From assembly GCA_021432655.1 (NCBI GenBank), contig MU271295.1:46657-104430 (forward strand): a DNA stretch of 57,774 bases, given 5' to 3'. A program made the translations under genes and the position numbers. Shown here one piece after another: positions 37,869 through 50,065 of this stretch. Position 1 is the first letter of the stretch. Every line of letters starts with the position of its first letter. The notes under the pieces were generated by a model, which worked only from the letters and a program-made list of their open reading frames with translations, ran no database searches and had not been told where the DNA came from. The DNA is from Atractiella rhizophila. Taxonomy: Eukaryota.

Positions 37869-39769
37869 ATGGTGATGATCCAAAACAAACCCTACGACCC
37901 TGCTACAGCACCAAAATTCGAGGCAGCACATTCGGAACTCCAAAGTTTTCTCGCTACGTGGTTGGCAAAATGGGGAGCTAAGATCGACTTTGACCTCTCA
38001 GTCGATGACGAACTGCTAATCACTTTGTGGAAAGAGATCCGAGAGTTTGTGAAGGTGAGAATGGTGGGTTGGAGCAACAGGTCGGAGATGCAGTATGCCT
38101 TTCCCGCTCAATAAATTACCTCGTGTTCTGGCGATACCTGACATTGTTGTAATTTCAGGGAAAGTATCTCGATACCAGATTCCGCTTTAGACAAATGCCT
38201 CTTCACAGACACAACACCTTCAACTACACCAAAATTTGTCCCTGCACCATTAGAGTTGACTACAACTAGTATTTACCCTCCTGGGCCGCGACGCTCAAAG
38301 AGAACTCGACCTAGCTCTTCAAATAGCACCTCTGCAACATCGCGTATTTCATTGTTACAACTGCCCGCCGAGCTGCTAAGCAAGATTTTTGGGTATGCTA
38401 TCGAGGGGTTTCACGAAAATTACAACATGCTTCTGACTTGCAAAGCACTTTTTCCTCACGTATGTTATTTTAAGAAGAGGAGACACGATTTGAGGCGGAA
38501 GTGTAACAGATACAAAGATGTCTTGCACGGTCATCAGGACAGTTGACGACCTTCTATCACCTTAGATTATTCGGACGCTACCTTCAGGACTACCCGCACC
38601 TTGTTCCATGCGTCAAATCCATTTTTCTAGCCTTCGAATATTCGTCATCCGGAGGTTACGCTTGGACGATCGAAATGTTGAAGCTATGCATATCGCTGCC
38701 TAATCTGTCTTCCCTCGACTTGTACGACCTGTACCCCTGGATGGTGGAAGTTGAAGATTCGAAACTTGCATATTTGGGAAAATTAAGGCAACTCAAAGAA
38801 GTGCGCATCTTCGCTTTTGAGGACGAAGACGGGCTTGGGATGGCAGGTGCTGCGTTCGTGGAGATGATTCTTCGCCACTGCCCTTACGTGGAACGTCTCT
38901 GGACACTTGGAGAAAGCTGGATGAAACGAGGCTGGCACAGCACCGCAGAGGAAGAGGAGCAAAGGCATGAGAAGCGGTCTTGGGTTCGGCCGCAGAAGCA
39001 TCTAGATTATCACTCAGAGCATCGCACCCTCCCCCAAAACGACGTCGCTTTTCCGTCCTCTCTGAGCGAACTCTACATGTCTACCGATGACATTTGGGAC
39101 AGTTTCGCGGCTCTCAATATCTTCGCTAATTCTTGTGAGAAAACTTACCCAATTCCTGCTCTCAGGGTTCTCGAAGTTGGAGCAGGCTTTGAATGTTTCG
39201 AGGATGAGTTCCCAATAAACTATCTTCCACAGATATTGTCGTCACTCTCGTCTTCATTGGAGATCCTTCGACTGTGCGCTCATGGGTTCACAATCTCAGC
39301 CGAAATCTACAAGGCGCTCCCCTTATGTTCACGTCTAAAAGCCCTTGAGCTGAAAGATACTGGAATTAAAGACTGGAAGCCACCGGAATCGACCGGTTTC
39401 TTCATCGCAACACTGGAAGAACTCACGATCAACACTCATGGCAGCTTCTTATGTGGCCCCTACGATTCGGACTCAGGCTATAGTGTAGAATTATGGGTTG
39501 AAACACTTGAAAGGATGGGAGCTGGAAATCTGGCATTGAAGAAATTTGCTCTCAACAATTCCACATACCAACATGCACTTTTTACGACCAGGATGTCGGG
39601 AAAGAAACAAAAGAGGAGAAATCAGAGATTGGATATTATCCTCAATAAAATTGGAGCAGAGTTACATCTCTTCAGTCCGAGTGAGGAGGACTTCGGATTA
39701 GTTGGTCTCTCAAACTGTAGTTTTATTCAGGACAGACGTAGACTATTGGTTATCTCTTTCGACATTTAA
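37869..39769 (+). CDS. F-box protein with C-terminal LRR/RNI-like region
   Basis: SLLQLPAELLSKIFGY...LLTCKAL F-box; LxxLxL repeats (LPNLSSLDL, LRQLKEVRI, LRVLEV, LEILRL, LKALEL, LEELTI); introns 38092-38158 and ~38460-38509 keep the frame. Confidence 0.8.
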
Positions 39770-39849
39770 TCGCCTATAATTTTTACAGTTTGATCAGTAC
39801 TCCTACCTCTTTACCAATGATACTTCTAACTATTACATGCCCCCAGCGG

Positions 39850-41023
39850 TCATTCGTTTTCTGCACCGAGAAGTAAAGTCTTGAGATTCTGGTTGAATCT
39901 CTTCTTCCCCTCGTCTTTCTTACACTCCTCCACTCTCGCCAACAAGCTACCTTTCGCAGCCTCGTACTCCCTTGTCATCGCCTCGATTGTGTTCCTAAAT
40001 TCCAGTTGGGCCTTATCCATGTCGGCATAGTATTCAGTCACAAGGCTCTTTTTGGAAATCTCGATGTCAGATATTTTCGAACGAAGGATAGACTGAGTTT
40101 CCTATAAAGCGCACAATATGATCAGCGCGTCGAAAAGAGGGGGTTGAAGAATCAACGAACCATGTCAGTCCTTACTTTGGCAACGATTTGAGAAACTAAT
40201 TTCTTCAGTTGCGTAACATTCTGGTCTCGCGACTGTTGAGCATTCGTAATCTTTTCCCTTAGAAACCTATGATCAGAGACGGCTATTCTTTGAGAGGACA
40301 CATACAAAAGAGTCTCATTTAAGGAGCCGTAGCCGTCATCTAAAACCTGGAATATGCCTTTTAAATCTTCGTGATAACGATCTCGAATCCTTTTCAGTAC
40401 ATCATCCCACATTCCGTCAATTGGACCTTACCTTCTTCCATCAGCACAGGGGAAGAAGCAGAGTGGCCGGAAAAACGGACCTTGTATATCAGCCTGGGAT
40501 ATAGGTGGGTCTTCATCGTCGTATTCTGAGTTCCCTTTAGGACTAGCAAAGGAAGGGTAGTGGACTCTCTGAGGAAACGAAAAGACACACCCCATCCTCG
40601 TTGCCATTCCGATCCCGCTATCCATCCCATCCCAAAGCTCATCCTCTTCATCCTCCCACTCGTCATCTTCATCGTACTCCATTCTTCTCTGGTCCTTCGT
40701 GGTGCTCAATTGCTGAAGAGGTGAAGATGTGATTGCGTAGACGTTCTCAGATACACCACCTTCATCACAGTCCATTTCAAGAATTCGCGCGCAACAGAAT
40801 ACTACTACGCACGAGAAATGCCTTTGTACTGTTCCAAATTAATACCTGACAGGCCAGAAACCTTTTTTCGCGTCTTCAACGCACTCTCTCCTTCACTCAG
40901 CAGTCCGCGCGACTTTTGCAGGTTCCTCAGCTTCATGATGGTTGTGGACTGATCCTCGAGAACTTTCGAATGACGACGGCTTCCACGGTCCTTGGAAAGA
41001 TGAAGAGCTGACAGGTTGTTCAT
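39850..41023 (-). CDS. Hypothetical protein with acidic N-terminal region and C-terminal coiled coil
   Basis: Spliced exons WDDVLKRIRDRYHEDLKGIFQ..., EKITNAQQSRDQNVTQLKKLVSQIVAK, ...KAQLEFRNTIEAMTREYEAAKGSLLARVEECKKDEGKKRFNQNLKTLLLGAENE*; start uncertain. Confidence 0.6.
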
Positions 41024-41304
41024 GGTCGTCTCATGGGGCCGCCGCTGAAATTTAGATGTCTCCCGTTCCAGACGCGCAAGAAGTGCGGCACGTGCATGAA
41101 TGCTCTCAACAATTCTCCCATATGGCCAACATTAGAGAATCTGTGGCGTCTTAATGGATTCGGCTGGATCAGTGATGCGTATTAAATAGTGATCAATAAT
41201 ATGAATTCATTCACAACGTGGTATCTAATAAATTCTCGCGTAGTCGTTTCCTACATTTCACCTCATATCCTGGATTTATTACTCCGATAATGCTAATGCA
41301 CCTT

Positions 41305-42894
41305 CTAACCACCCAGCATCCTCAACGCGTTCCTCAACTCCTTCCTCGCAGTCTCGAAATCCTCATAATCCAGTGCGCTAATCGCCCACTTCGCATGCTT
41401 CTGAACCTTAGCTATCTCCATAGGAGTCATTTCCGTCACCAAAGGCCCCGTTTCCTCCTGTTCGTGCTGAACATTCCTTTGTTGTACCAGAGATGGTCCA
41501 GCGGTTTTCGGGGGGAGCGTAGGCGCTCGTTGAAGGATCGGGGCAGCAGGTGCAGGGTGTACATAGGTTGGGTAGGACGGGCGAACCGGGGGTGGTGAAA
41601 CAGGGGGAGGGGAATACGCTGAGGATGGTGGTGGAGATGGAAGAGAAGGAGGAAGAGGCGGAGAAGGAAGAGATCGTGGCTGAGGAGGCGGGGTGATGGC
41701 AACTTGAGGTAGATCCGGCGCGCTGGGAACCGAGATGAAGCCATTTGGATCAGGTTCCTCTTCAGCAGGAGCAGAAGGTTTGTCCTTCTCTTTTCCGAGG
41801 AAGAGAGATTGGGACGTCTCGAACGCACTGTCGAATTTCGGGGAGTAGAAGGGAGAGGAAGGGCGGAGCTCAAGAACGGGAGGGGTGGCGGAGGTGGTGG
41901 AAGAGTAAGACTTGGGACGCTCCTTGAGATTGGGACGCAGAATCTCTTCTATTTCCGCTCCTTCGTCATCTTCCTCAACCTCCCGTCCGTGTTCCTGAAA
42001 GCCCAGCGATTGTAGTTCTTGTCGCAAAGATGCTTCTTCTTCCTTCGAGATGATGACACCGTCAATACCTCCTTCTTCAGCAGGCTCGGGCTCGAGAGCG
42101 GGAGGTTGCCATCCCGGTGGACCAGGAGCTGGTACCCGTCCCTCTCGCAAAGCTTTGGAGATGTCGGAAGCCTTCCATTTCGAGTATTTAATCTTATCCG
42201 CATCCTACAGACAAGTCACTCCATGAGCAAGAGCTATTGTATGGCATTACCGAAGAGGATGCTTACGTCAGAAGAGGTTTGATTGAAGATTGCGAGAAGT
42301 TCAAAGAAATTTGCAGCAGCAAGAAAAGATTTCGCTGTTCCTCTAAAAGATGCACCATGAGCTATGTTGTAACTGCAAGAGGGGCAAACAAACGTACCTG
42401 CTCGCTTTCCCCGATCTATCCTCATTGTCCGCCGTCAAGAAGATCTTGAGTGCGAAGCTACGAATGTAAGCCGCCGCGATGGCGTCGTCCCCAAAGAGCT
42501 GTATTCATCGTCAAATCTCGACCTAAACACTAGCAATACAAGCCTACAGGATCGTCACCCGCCTGTGTTTTCATCTACGCCAATTGGATGTCACATCATA
42601 CCCTAATTCCCAACACCATAAGAATGAATAAGACACACCTCCTCTAAGCCATCCATCAAGCTCATCAGAAACTTCCGGCTTTCCACTTCAGTAGGTTTTA
42701 AGGCCATGGCGACCTGTACAGCATGGTAGCTACCTATCTATCTTCCATTTCAGCCATTCTTTCTAAACATATGCTGGAAAGAAGCAGGGACACGCACACC
42801 AATACGAGATGGCTGGTTCACGCTGCTTCAGTTCGCTCGCTCGCTGGAGAAACGGTGTTATTGCCCGCAGCTCGGCAGGGGCATTGGACGCCAT
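41305..42894 (-). CDS. VTA1: Vta1, ESCRT Vps4 activator
   Basis: N-terminal MASNAPAELRAITPFLQRASELKQREPAISYWC, FALKIFLTADNEDR, TAKSFLAAANFFELL, IKYSKWKASDI; C-terminal VSL domain IAKVQKHAKWAISALDYEDFETARKELRNALRML. Confidence 0.95.
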
Positions 42895-43080
42895 GACAGA
42901 GAACCGAACGCAGGATGGAATGTCCCTTGGGAATATTAGCACCTCTCACAACGGAACAAAGGCTCGTCAAGTCAATGCGGTCGGATTCACCTTGCTGAAT
43001 ATTCATGTGATCGAAGCTCCGTTCGCCACGAACTCTTCCTTACGACGGGACCCTTACAGACACGACGAAACAGAGACGAA

Positions 43081-44169
43081 ATGGTGCCTATGGAATGGAG
43101 GAGTTATGGCTGGGTGCAACCGGTGATAATCGATATCTCAGACAGCGAAGCAGAGGAGGACGAGGTACGCTATTTCTTCTCATTGTTGGGATATGCGATC
43201 AATTGTCACTTGTTTCTCAGGAGCAATATGTAGTGCGCTTCGCGTTCGATGTGTGTATGATTTTTACTCAATAGGTTGCTCCTTAAGGTGGTCAAAACTT
43301 CGCCTTTACACTCATCCATTGGCAGTTGAGAAACCACAGGAAAAAGTGAGCTATTGGCTTCACGGGGTCTGAGGTTGATTCTTTTACAGCGTCCGATAGC
43401 AGCACCTGCGTTGTATGACAGGTCTAAGAGTCCCACCACTTTCACTCCCGTTTGCTCTCACTTTACTCGCCCGCCACCTCTAACCATGGTCCAGAAGACG
43501 TCGTCTCTGCCGCCTATCGACCAAGGACGGGAAGACGACCTCAGGAATAGGCTTTTGAAGAGAAAACGCACGACAGACGAGGTCTCGAAATTACCAAAGG
43601 AGAAGGAAGGAACTTGTCATTCTCTTCCAACTCCACGGCCCAGTCCAACACCTGCTCCAGTTCCAACAATGAATGAAAGTTCTATGCCATGTTTCACTTC
43701 TTCTTCTTCTCCAAACATTCTATTCCCCTCCCTTCTCTGCTTGTTACTGACTAATCTGCCTCCCCATACATCTCTTTCCGAACTCTGGCTTTTCCTCCAT
43801 CCTCGTCCTTTCGCTCTTCAACTTTCCTCTTCTCTTCAAGTCGCCGTATTTTATTCGCTTGAGGACGACTTTCAGACCTGTTTACAAAATCTGCGGGAGA
43901 GAAAGAGATATCCGAAGAGTGAGATTGAGATGTGTTATGAGCAAGTGACCCGGGAACAGATTGCCTTTGCTTTTCCGCCACTCTCGAAAGACGACTGTTG
44001 GCTTGCTGACCAGGTTCCCCCTCCGTCCATTCCAGCCGGGAAGAAGAGGAAAGCGAGCGAAGACAGCGAGAGGCTTCTTATTTCCGTCATGCGACCGAAG
44101 CTTGATATGGCTCATAGGCGGGAGATAAATGTCACAGTCAATCGCCAACCTGGTTCACTCATCACATAG
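43081..44169 (+). CDS. Hypothetical protein with a possible degenerate RRM-like domain
   Basis: Open frame 43354-44169 contains LLLTNLPPHTSLSELWLFL (RNP2-like); putative first exon 43081-43164 (MVPMEW...VIIDISDSEAEEDE|GTACGC); intermediate small exons and 3' end unresolved. Confidence 0.5.
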
Positions 44170-44367
44170 GTGCCAGGCTTTCGTACTTTTTTTCGTTTCT
44201 CAGTCACAGCATTCTCCTTTGTTTCTTGCCTCTTGGTGCCTTTCCTTCGACATGTCTAAATACACAGTAATCAATGGGTTTATTCTATATGAGCTTGGAA
44301 GTACACTGAACACGAAGGATATGAGGATTGGATGCAAATAAGATAAAAGCTTGAGCTGTGTAGACAG

Positions 44368-47300
44368 CTACATTTCATGAGCCTGAAGACGCTCGCCCCT
44401 CGCATTCAAACCGAACAGATACGCCACTTGTCTCGCCGACATTTTGCCCAGCTTTGTACCTTTCCCCTCCCCAAGACTATGATCAGTTAGAGCTTGCTTC
44501 TGTTCTTGGATAGCGAGCATCCGCTGTTCTACAGTGTTGGCGATTTGGGGTCGGTGAATAAACACCTCTCGCTCCTGTCCAATGCCTGAAAGCAGATCTC
44601 ATCAATCGACAGCAATGTTGGGCAAACCGGGGCTTACGATGGACCCGATCAAACGCTTGCGCTTCTGTGGCTGGAGACCAGGCAAAGTCAAGGGAGATGA
44701 CGCGATTCGCTCGACGAAGATTGAGTCCAACCCCCCCTGCGATGAGAAACTTAAGCACCAGAAAGAACCAAGCGAGTTTGCTTACCAGCTTTCAAGGACA
44801 TGAGCATTACCATTACCCTCTTGGATTCTTGAAACTTGAGAACCGCAGCATCCCTTTCCTTCGCATCCATCGAACCAATATATTGGACATGAGCCATGTT
44901 GTGCTCATCTAAGTATTGAGAGACTAGCTCCAAGTTTTGGACAAATTGAGAAATAATGATGACCTTCTGATCGGGAAAGCGTTCACTCCAATCTAGCAGG
45001 TGAGACATCATCCACTGCATCTATTTTTCGAGCATGAACAGCTACCTAATCAAGAGGAGAAGAAACCTACTTTGGTAGATGGCATGAACTTCGAGACAGG
45101 TACCTCCTCAACGGTCTCTTCGTCATCATCTTTATCCTGTTCCATGAAGGCAGCTACGTCGAAGCAACGATCTTTCGAAATCTTCTGTCTACACATCGGA
45201 CAATCGTTCTCATTTGGATTGTATCCCTCTTTAGGATTCGCGAAATAGGTGTCGATACAGATGTTACAGAACTAGGAGAGATCAGCTAGAAATCAGATTG
45301 GCTAAGGAAGTGGCATACCACATGTTTGCACTCCGTCACCTTTGCCAGGATCATCATGTCTGCACAAATCTGTTTGCAATCAGAAGATGACACAAGGGAA
45401 TCACAACAAGCTCAAAACTTACGGGACACTCATCAGCGATTTCTTCTTCTGCAGCGTCGTTCTTCTCCGCCTTTTTCTTTGCCAGATGCTCCTTGTAATC
45501 ATCGACCCATTGCTGACCCAAGATCCTCGTAGCAGCTGCAAGGTCGTTCCCATCATCTTTGCTGTTATTCTCCACGGCGCTTCCATTCACTTGGACCTAA
45601 AGGTACCATCTTAGCATTCATCTCAGCTGAAGATGTTGCTCACCAGAGAAGGATGACAACACAGTTGCCGTAGCCTGAGCAGTAAGACTAAAACGTGTGC
45701 GTAGTTCTTAAGGAGAGTTCCACGCTGTAGCACTTTCAATCGAAGGAACAAGATAAATGTTAAAACGGCATACCTTCATGAACTTGTTGATCCTCTGCTG
45801 TGCGCGAGCTTCATAAGCATCGTAAATCTCCCTCTCCTCTGGGGAGAACTCAAGTGTCTCGTTAACGATTGTTTTAGATGGCAAATCTTCAAGAATCGGG
45901 ACACCGTCGATCTTGCTGTCCTTCGCCCTACGGATCATGACGTCTTTGAGGATCGCTTGAAGACGGTTTGCAGCTTCTGCGACCCTCTTGCTGTTCTTTG
46001 CTTTCGATGGCTTGACTAAGAAACGATGAGATCATTAAGCGTATCTTGCAAGAGAACCACGAGTGCATACCGACGTGATTGTTGAACTCAGCCCAGTCGC
46101 TCCACGGAGTGACTCTCAGGAATCTGAGATAAGAGTAGCAATCGGCCTAAAATCAATGAAAAAATGTAAAACACAAATCTCAGTCGCACGAACCAGATAA
46201 TTAGTGATCGGCGTTCCTTTTCAAGGTCATTGAGAGTCAGCGACAGTGGACAAACGATGAGAAGACATACCAGTCAACACCCATCGATGCTCAGCTTCAA
46301 GCTGAAAACACGCTCGCGCCACCTTGGTGCCTAATGGGCAACTATTTGTTAGTTCAGGAGAAGCGAACGAGGGAGGACTGCATACTCCGAGTCCTGATTG
46401 CTTGAGCCTCATCGAGAATAACGCGGAACCATTCGATGTCAAACAGCCCCTTTCCCTCCTTGATTTCTTTGCCCTGGTCGAGCTTCTTCTTTCGTTCCAG
46501 TTCATCATCGGGAGCATCTAAGCAAAGTGTATGACTGTAGACCTCGTCAATAACTGTCCACTGATGACCAATGTAAGGAAAGCATACTAGGTAGTTAAAA
46601 CGATATCGTATTGTTTTATTCTATTAGTTATTGGTTTCTCGCCTAGCTCGGAATGGTAGATTAAAATGTTGAAGTAGTTTCTCGCAGTGTTATTTGTCTG
46701 TCGTTTTCGTCACTTGTTGAGATGGAAGGTATCAGGAAACATACAATTTCTCGCCTCCATTGCTCCAATAATGCCAGAGGAGCAACAATCAGCGTTTGAT
46801 TAGGTTCATCAGTAGGAGGGTTGAGGAGGATAGTAGCGAGGGATTGTATAGTCTATGCTCGCTTCATCTTCACATTGTCGCAAACAGGAGGACGCAACAC
46901 ACCTTCCCCAACCCCATGGCATCACACATCATGCCTCCCGTTCCATTCCTCTGCCAATCCTTCTCTTTCTGGAGCATAAAATCCACACCCACAATCTGGT
47001 GCGGCATGAGCTTGAGCGATGGCGTATGTTGGAGGACTGAAGATCGATGCGCAAGACCCAATCTGACGCGGGCTTCTTCCACCGACGCGGAGCCTTCAAA
47101 GTTATCCGTCTCTATCGCTTTCACCACCATCTTCTTGAGCTCCTCATCCGTCGGCGCCGGTCCAACTCCAACTCCAACTCCTCCACCATAAACAGTGTTC
47201 CTATCTACATCCTCGTCTCTGATTGTAAATCCATTCATTGATGCGGCGAAATGCGGTTGCAGCTGTTGGCGAAAGAGCTCGTTCAAGTCGAACGCACCAG

Positions 47301-48362
47301 GAATGTGAAAAGCGGTCCCGAAAGGATCATAATCTGGTTGCTGGGGAATTGGGGGGATACGGACGCCCGAACCAGACGGAACAGCGTATGCGTTATTCCT
47401 ATCAAACTCCTCCCTCGCCGGTGGCGCTTCCTCCTCAACCTCCTCCGGTGGTAGGAGAGCAACGAGGTCATTAGCGTGCGCCCCCAGCTCCTGCACCAGC
47501 GCATTCCTCCGCTCTCGAATATCCAGCCATTCTTTCCTGAACCGATTGTACTGCGAATCGTTCGTGCTCACTCCTGAACGTCCTTGGGAGAAGATATCTA
47601 CGAGCTCCCTCGCGTCTAGTTCCCGAGGGATGAGGTGTTCTAATTCTATCCTCTTGTTCTCGATTTGGGACGGGCTAAGATGGGAAGTGGTGGGAGGATG
47701 GAGGCGAGGACGCTTGTTGGAAGATGAGCTAGGACCGATGGAAGAGTCGAAGTCCGCTGGAGAGTGGCGTTTATAACCAGTTAAACCGCTATCGGAAGAA
47801 CTGGGGGAGGAGGTAAGGTCGATGTAGCAGGGGTAACCTAAGGGAAGGTGGGTAGGTTGTACTTGACAATGACAGTAAAATACGCACCTTGTCCGGCACT
47901 TGAAGTGTACTGCTCAGGTCTGAGCTGATCTTGTCTTGCCGGGAACAGCTGTTATCCCGCCACCACTCAACACTTGCCCATATGACTTATCGCAAAAGAG
48001 CTCACGCCATGCACCATCCCCAAATGAAGTTGAAAGGCTTCTAAGCTGCCCACTCCATCACTGACACCACCGTCCGGTACGTCTCTTCTCCTCAATGCGC
48101 TGAAAGACGTAAAACAATCCAAGCACACAATCTCTCCAAGTTGATATTCTCCCGATCCAAATTCAAACAGAAAGTTGGACGCGTTTGGATACAAGGCCAG
48201 ATGGTCCCTAGGAATACTGTCGATGAACGTGAGGTTCCAACCAAGGAGAACGTACCGTAGAATGGCGAGGTAAGGCGCGGGCAACGGGGTGGTAAAGTCA
48301 GCTTCGTCTTTGGAAAGTGTGCGTAACGCAACACTTCGTAGGTAGTGATCTGGTATGCTCAT
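44368..48362 (-). CDS. SNF2-family helicase with inserted C3HC4 RING (Rad5/Rad16-like clade, Uls1/Ris1-type architecture)
   Basis: [77 protein letters not shown]...CKH..FC..C...[30 protein letters not shown]...[18 protein letters not shown]. Confidence 0.93.
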
Positions 48363-48462
48363 GTTGGCTGTGGAGAGTGAGGACTACTGGAACTCCTTAA
48401 ATAAATAACTGGAGGCAAAAGGGCAAAGACTTGGACAGCATCACGTGGTCGTGTTCAAGATT

Positions 48463-48491
48463 CGCGTCTGTCGCGCATCGCGTTCATCGCG
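48463..48491. promoter_or_regulatory. Cluster of four CGCG (MCB-like) cores upstream of the SNF2-RING gene
   Basis: CGCG at 48463, 48472, 48479 and 48488, ~100-130 bp upstream of the ATG at 48362. Confidence 0.4.
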
Positions 48492-48988
48492 TTCACCTTT
48501 CACCTTTCTACTCTGCTCTGCTCTCAGGCCGAGGGCTATGTCATTATCCACAATTATGCATGCCAGATTATGCTGAACTTGAACTCACTGCTGAACGTTG
48601 CACTTGAGCCTGAGATGAACGTCTGCATGAGAGATTTACATCATGAACAACGACTGATCTTGTCAGTACGCGTCTGCTCGTTTTGTTTAGTCGCTTTACT
48701 TCTGTTTGGTGGCTGATTTAAATTTGACGGGGTAACGGTTGGACGGTTGAACCCCTCATCGTACTGGCAGGACAAAGTCACCACAAATCTGGGGGTGTGG
48801 ATGGAATGTTTGGAAATGGTCGACGCTTGTGCCCACCGAATTAACGACGTGGAACAGCGTTCATTCGAGAGCGGAAGTATGAAGAGGGTGGTCGGCGAAG
48901 AAATGAGCCACAGTAGAGTGCGAAGTGGAACGTAGTGTACATCATGGAAATCAGCATTACAATCCAGAAAGGAAGAGTTACTCCAACC

Positions 48989-49671
48989 TCAGTTGTTACT
49001 CGGCCCTTCCTCTTCCTTCCTTATTCGTTCTCTAGCGACCATTAAGGCCTTTCCCAGGAGATTACTCCCCCATCCTTCCCTCTTCCCCTCCTTCCAGTCC
49101 TTCAACCCTTTCTTCTCTCCATACCCGATTCCCCAAATCCTATCCCTCGGACTCGCCTTCAATGACCCCTAATCAGCTCATTTCGCCTGATCGAAAGAAA
49201 GAGAAGCACCTCGATAAGCTCCCGATCACCAGTTGCCAACAGCTTCTCCTTCATAGCTGCAGTCGATGTATACTTCCAATAGTTCCCCTCAGCCACGATC
49301 CCACTTCTCTCTTCCGCCCATTTCGCCTCTACGAAATTCGACACCAGTCTTCCTAACCTTCTCTGTTCCGCTGGGTCGCTCGTTTTCAATATCTGCTCGG
49401 CCATGTCCATATCTTCGAAAAGGACGGCTTTGGAGTACATCATGTACCTATGGGTTATCAATTTGTTTTCTCATCAGCGGGCAGAAGAAGTGAGAGAAGG
49501 AAGGACGAACTGTTCTGCCGTCCCGAAGTCCTTCTTCTCCACCTCATTTGTCGCGGTATCCAACGAGGTCGAAGGAAATGAAGGAATGGGAGCTGCGAAG
49601 GTGTGTTCGAACCATTGCGAGAAATGGCCGTGAGGTACTTCGTGAGGTCTCCAGAAAAATACGGGCTCCAT
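48989..49671 (-). CDS. NADAR (YbiA/DUF1768) family N-glycosidase
   Basis: MEPVFFW...HGHFSQWF...FGTAEQ|YMMYSKAVLFED...ILKTSDPAEQRRLGRLVSNF..W...GNYWKY...LLATGDRELIE|ASPRDRIWGIG...WGSNLLGKALMVARE; two introns. Confidence 0.93.
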
Positions 49672-50065
49672 CTTGATCTCTTCTTCTGCAAATGGTGAAT
49701 AAGAAAAGAGGCTCTCTTGAAGATATAAAATCTTGACGATATAATTTTATATACTGAGCGGGGTCAAGTCATCTTGATGCACCGCCTCGAGTCCCACTGG
49801 CAGCCTGAAGATTCGACGTTGGAAACATTTGGAATGTGGGTACAAAAGGGGGTTGTCCAGCTGTGAGCGAGTTATGTCCACTATTATTATCTCTCCCGCT
49901 CCACCGTCATCTCAATATAGTGACGGGATCTAAGCTTGAATCCACGCCTCAGGGACATACAATCATTTCTCAAAGTCTAGATGTCCACGTTCAGCTTTTG
50001 TCAACGAGTGAGGGTACATTAAGCTATATGAGTACACGATCCGCTGATCGGCCAGAGCTGAATAT

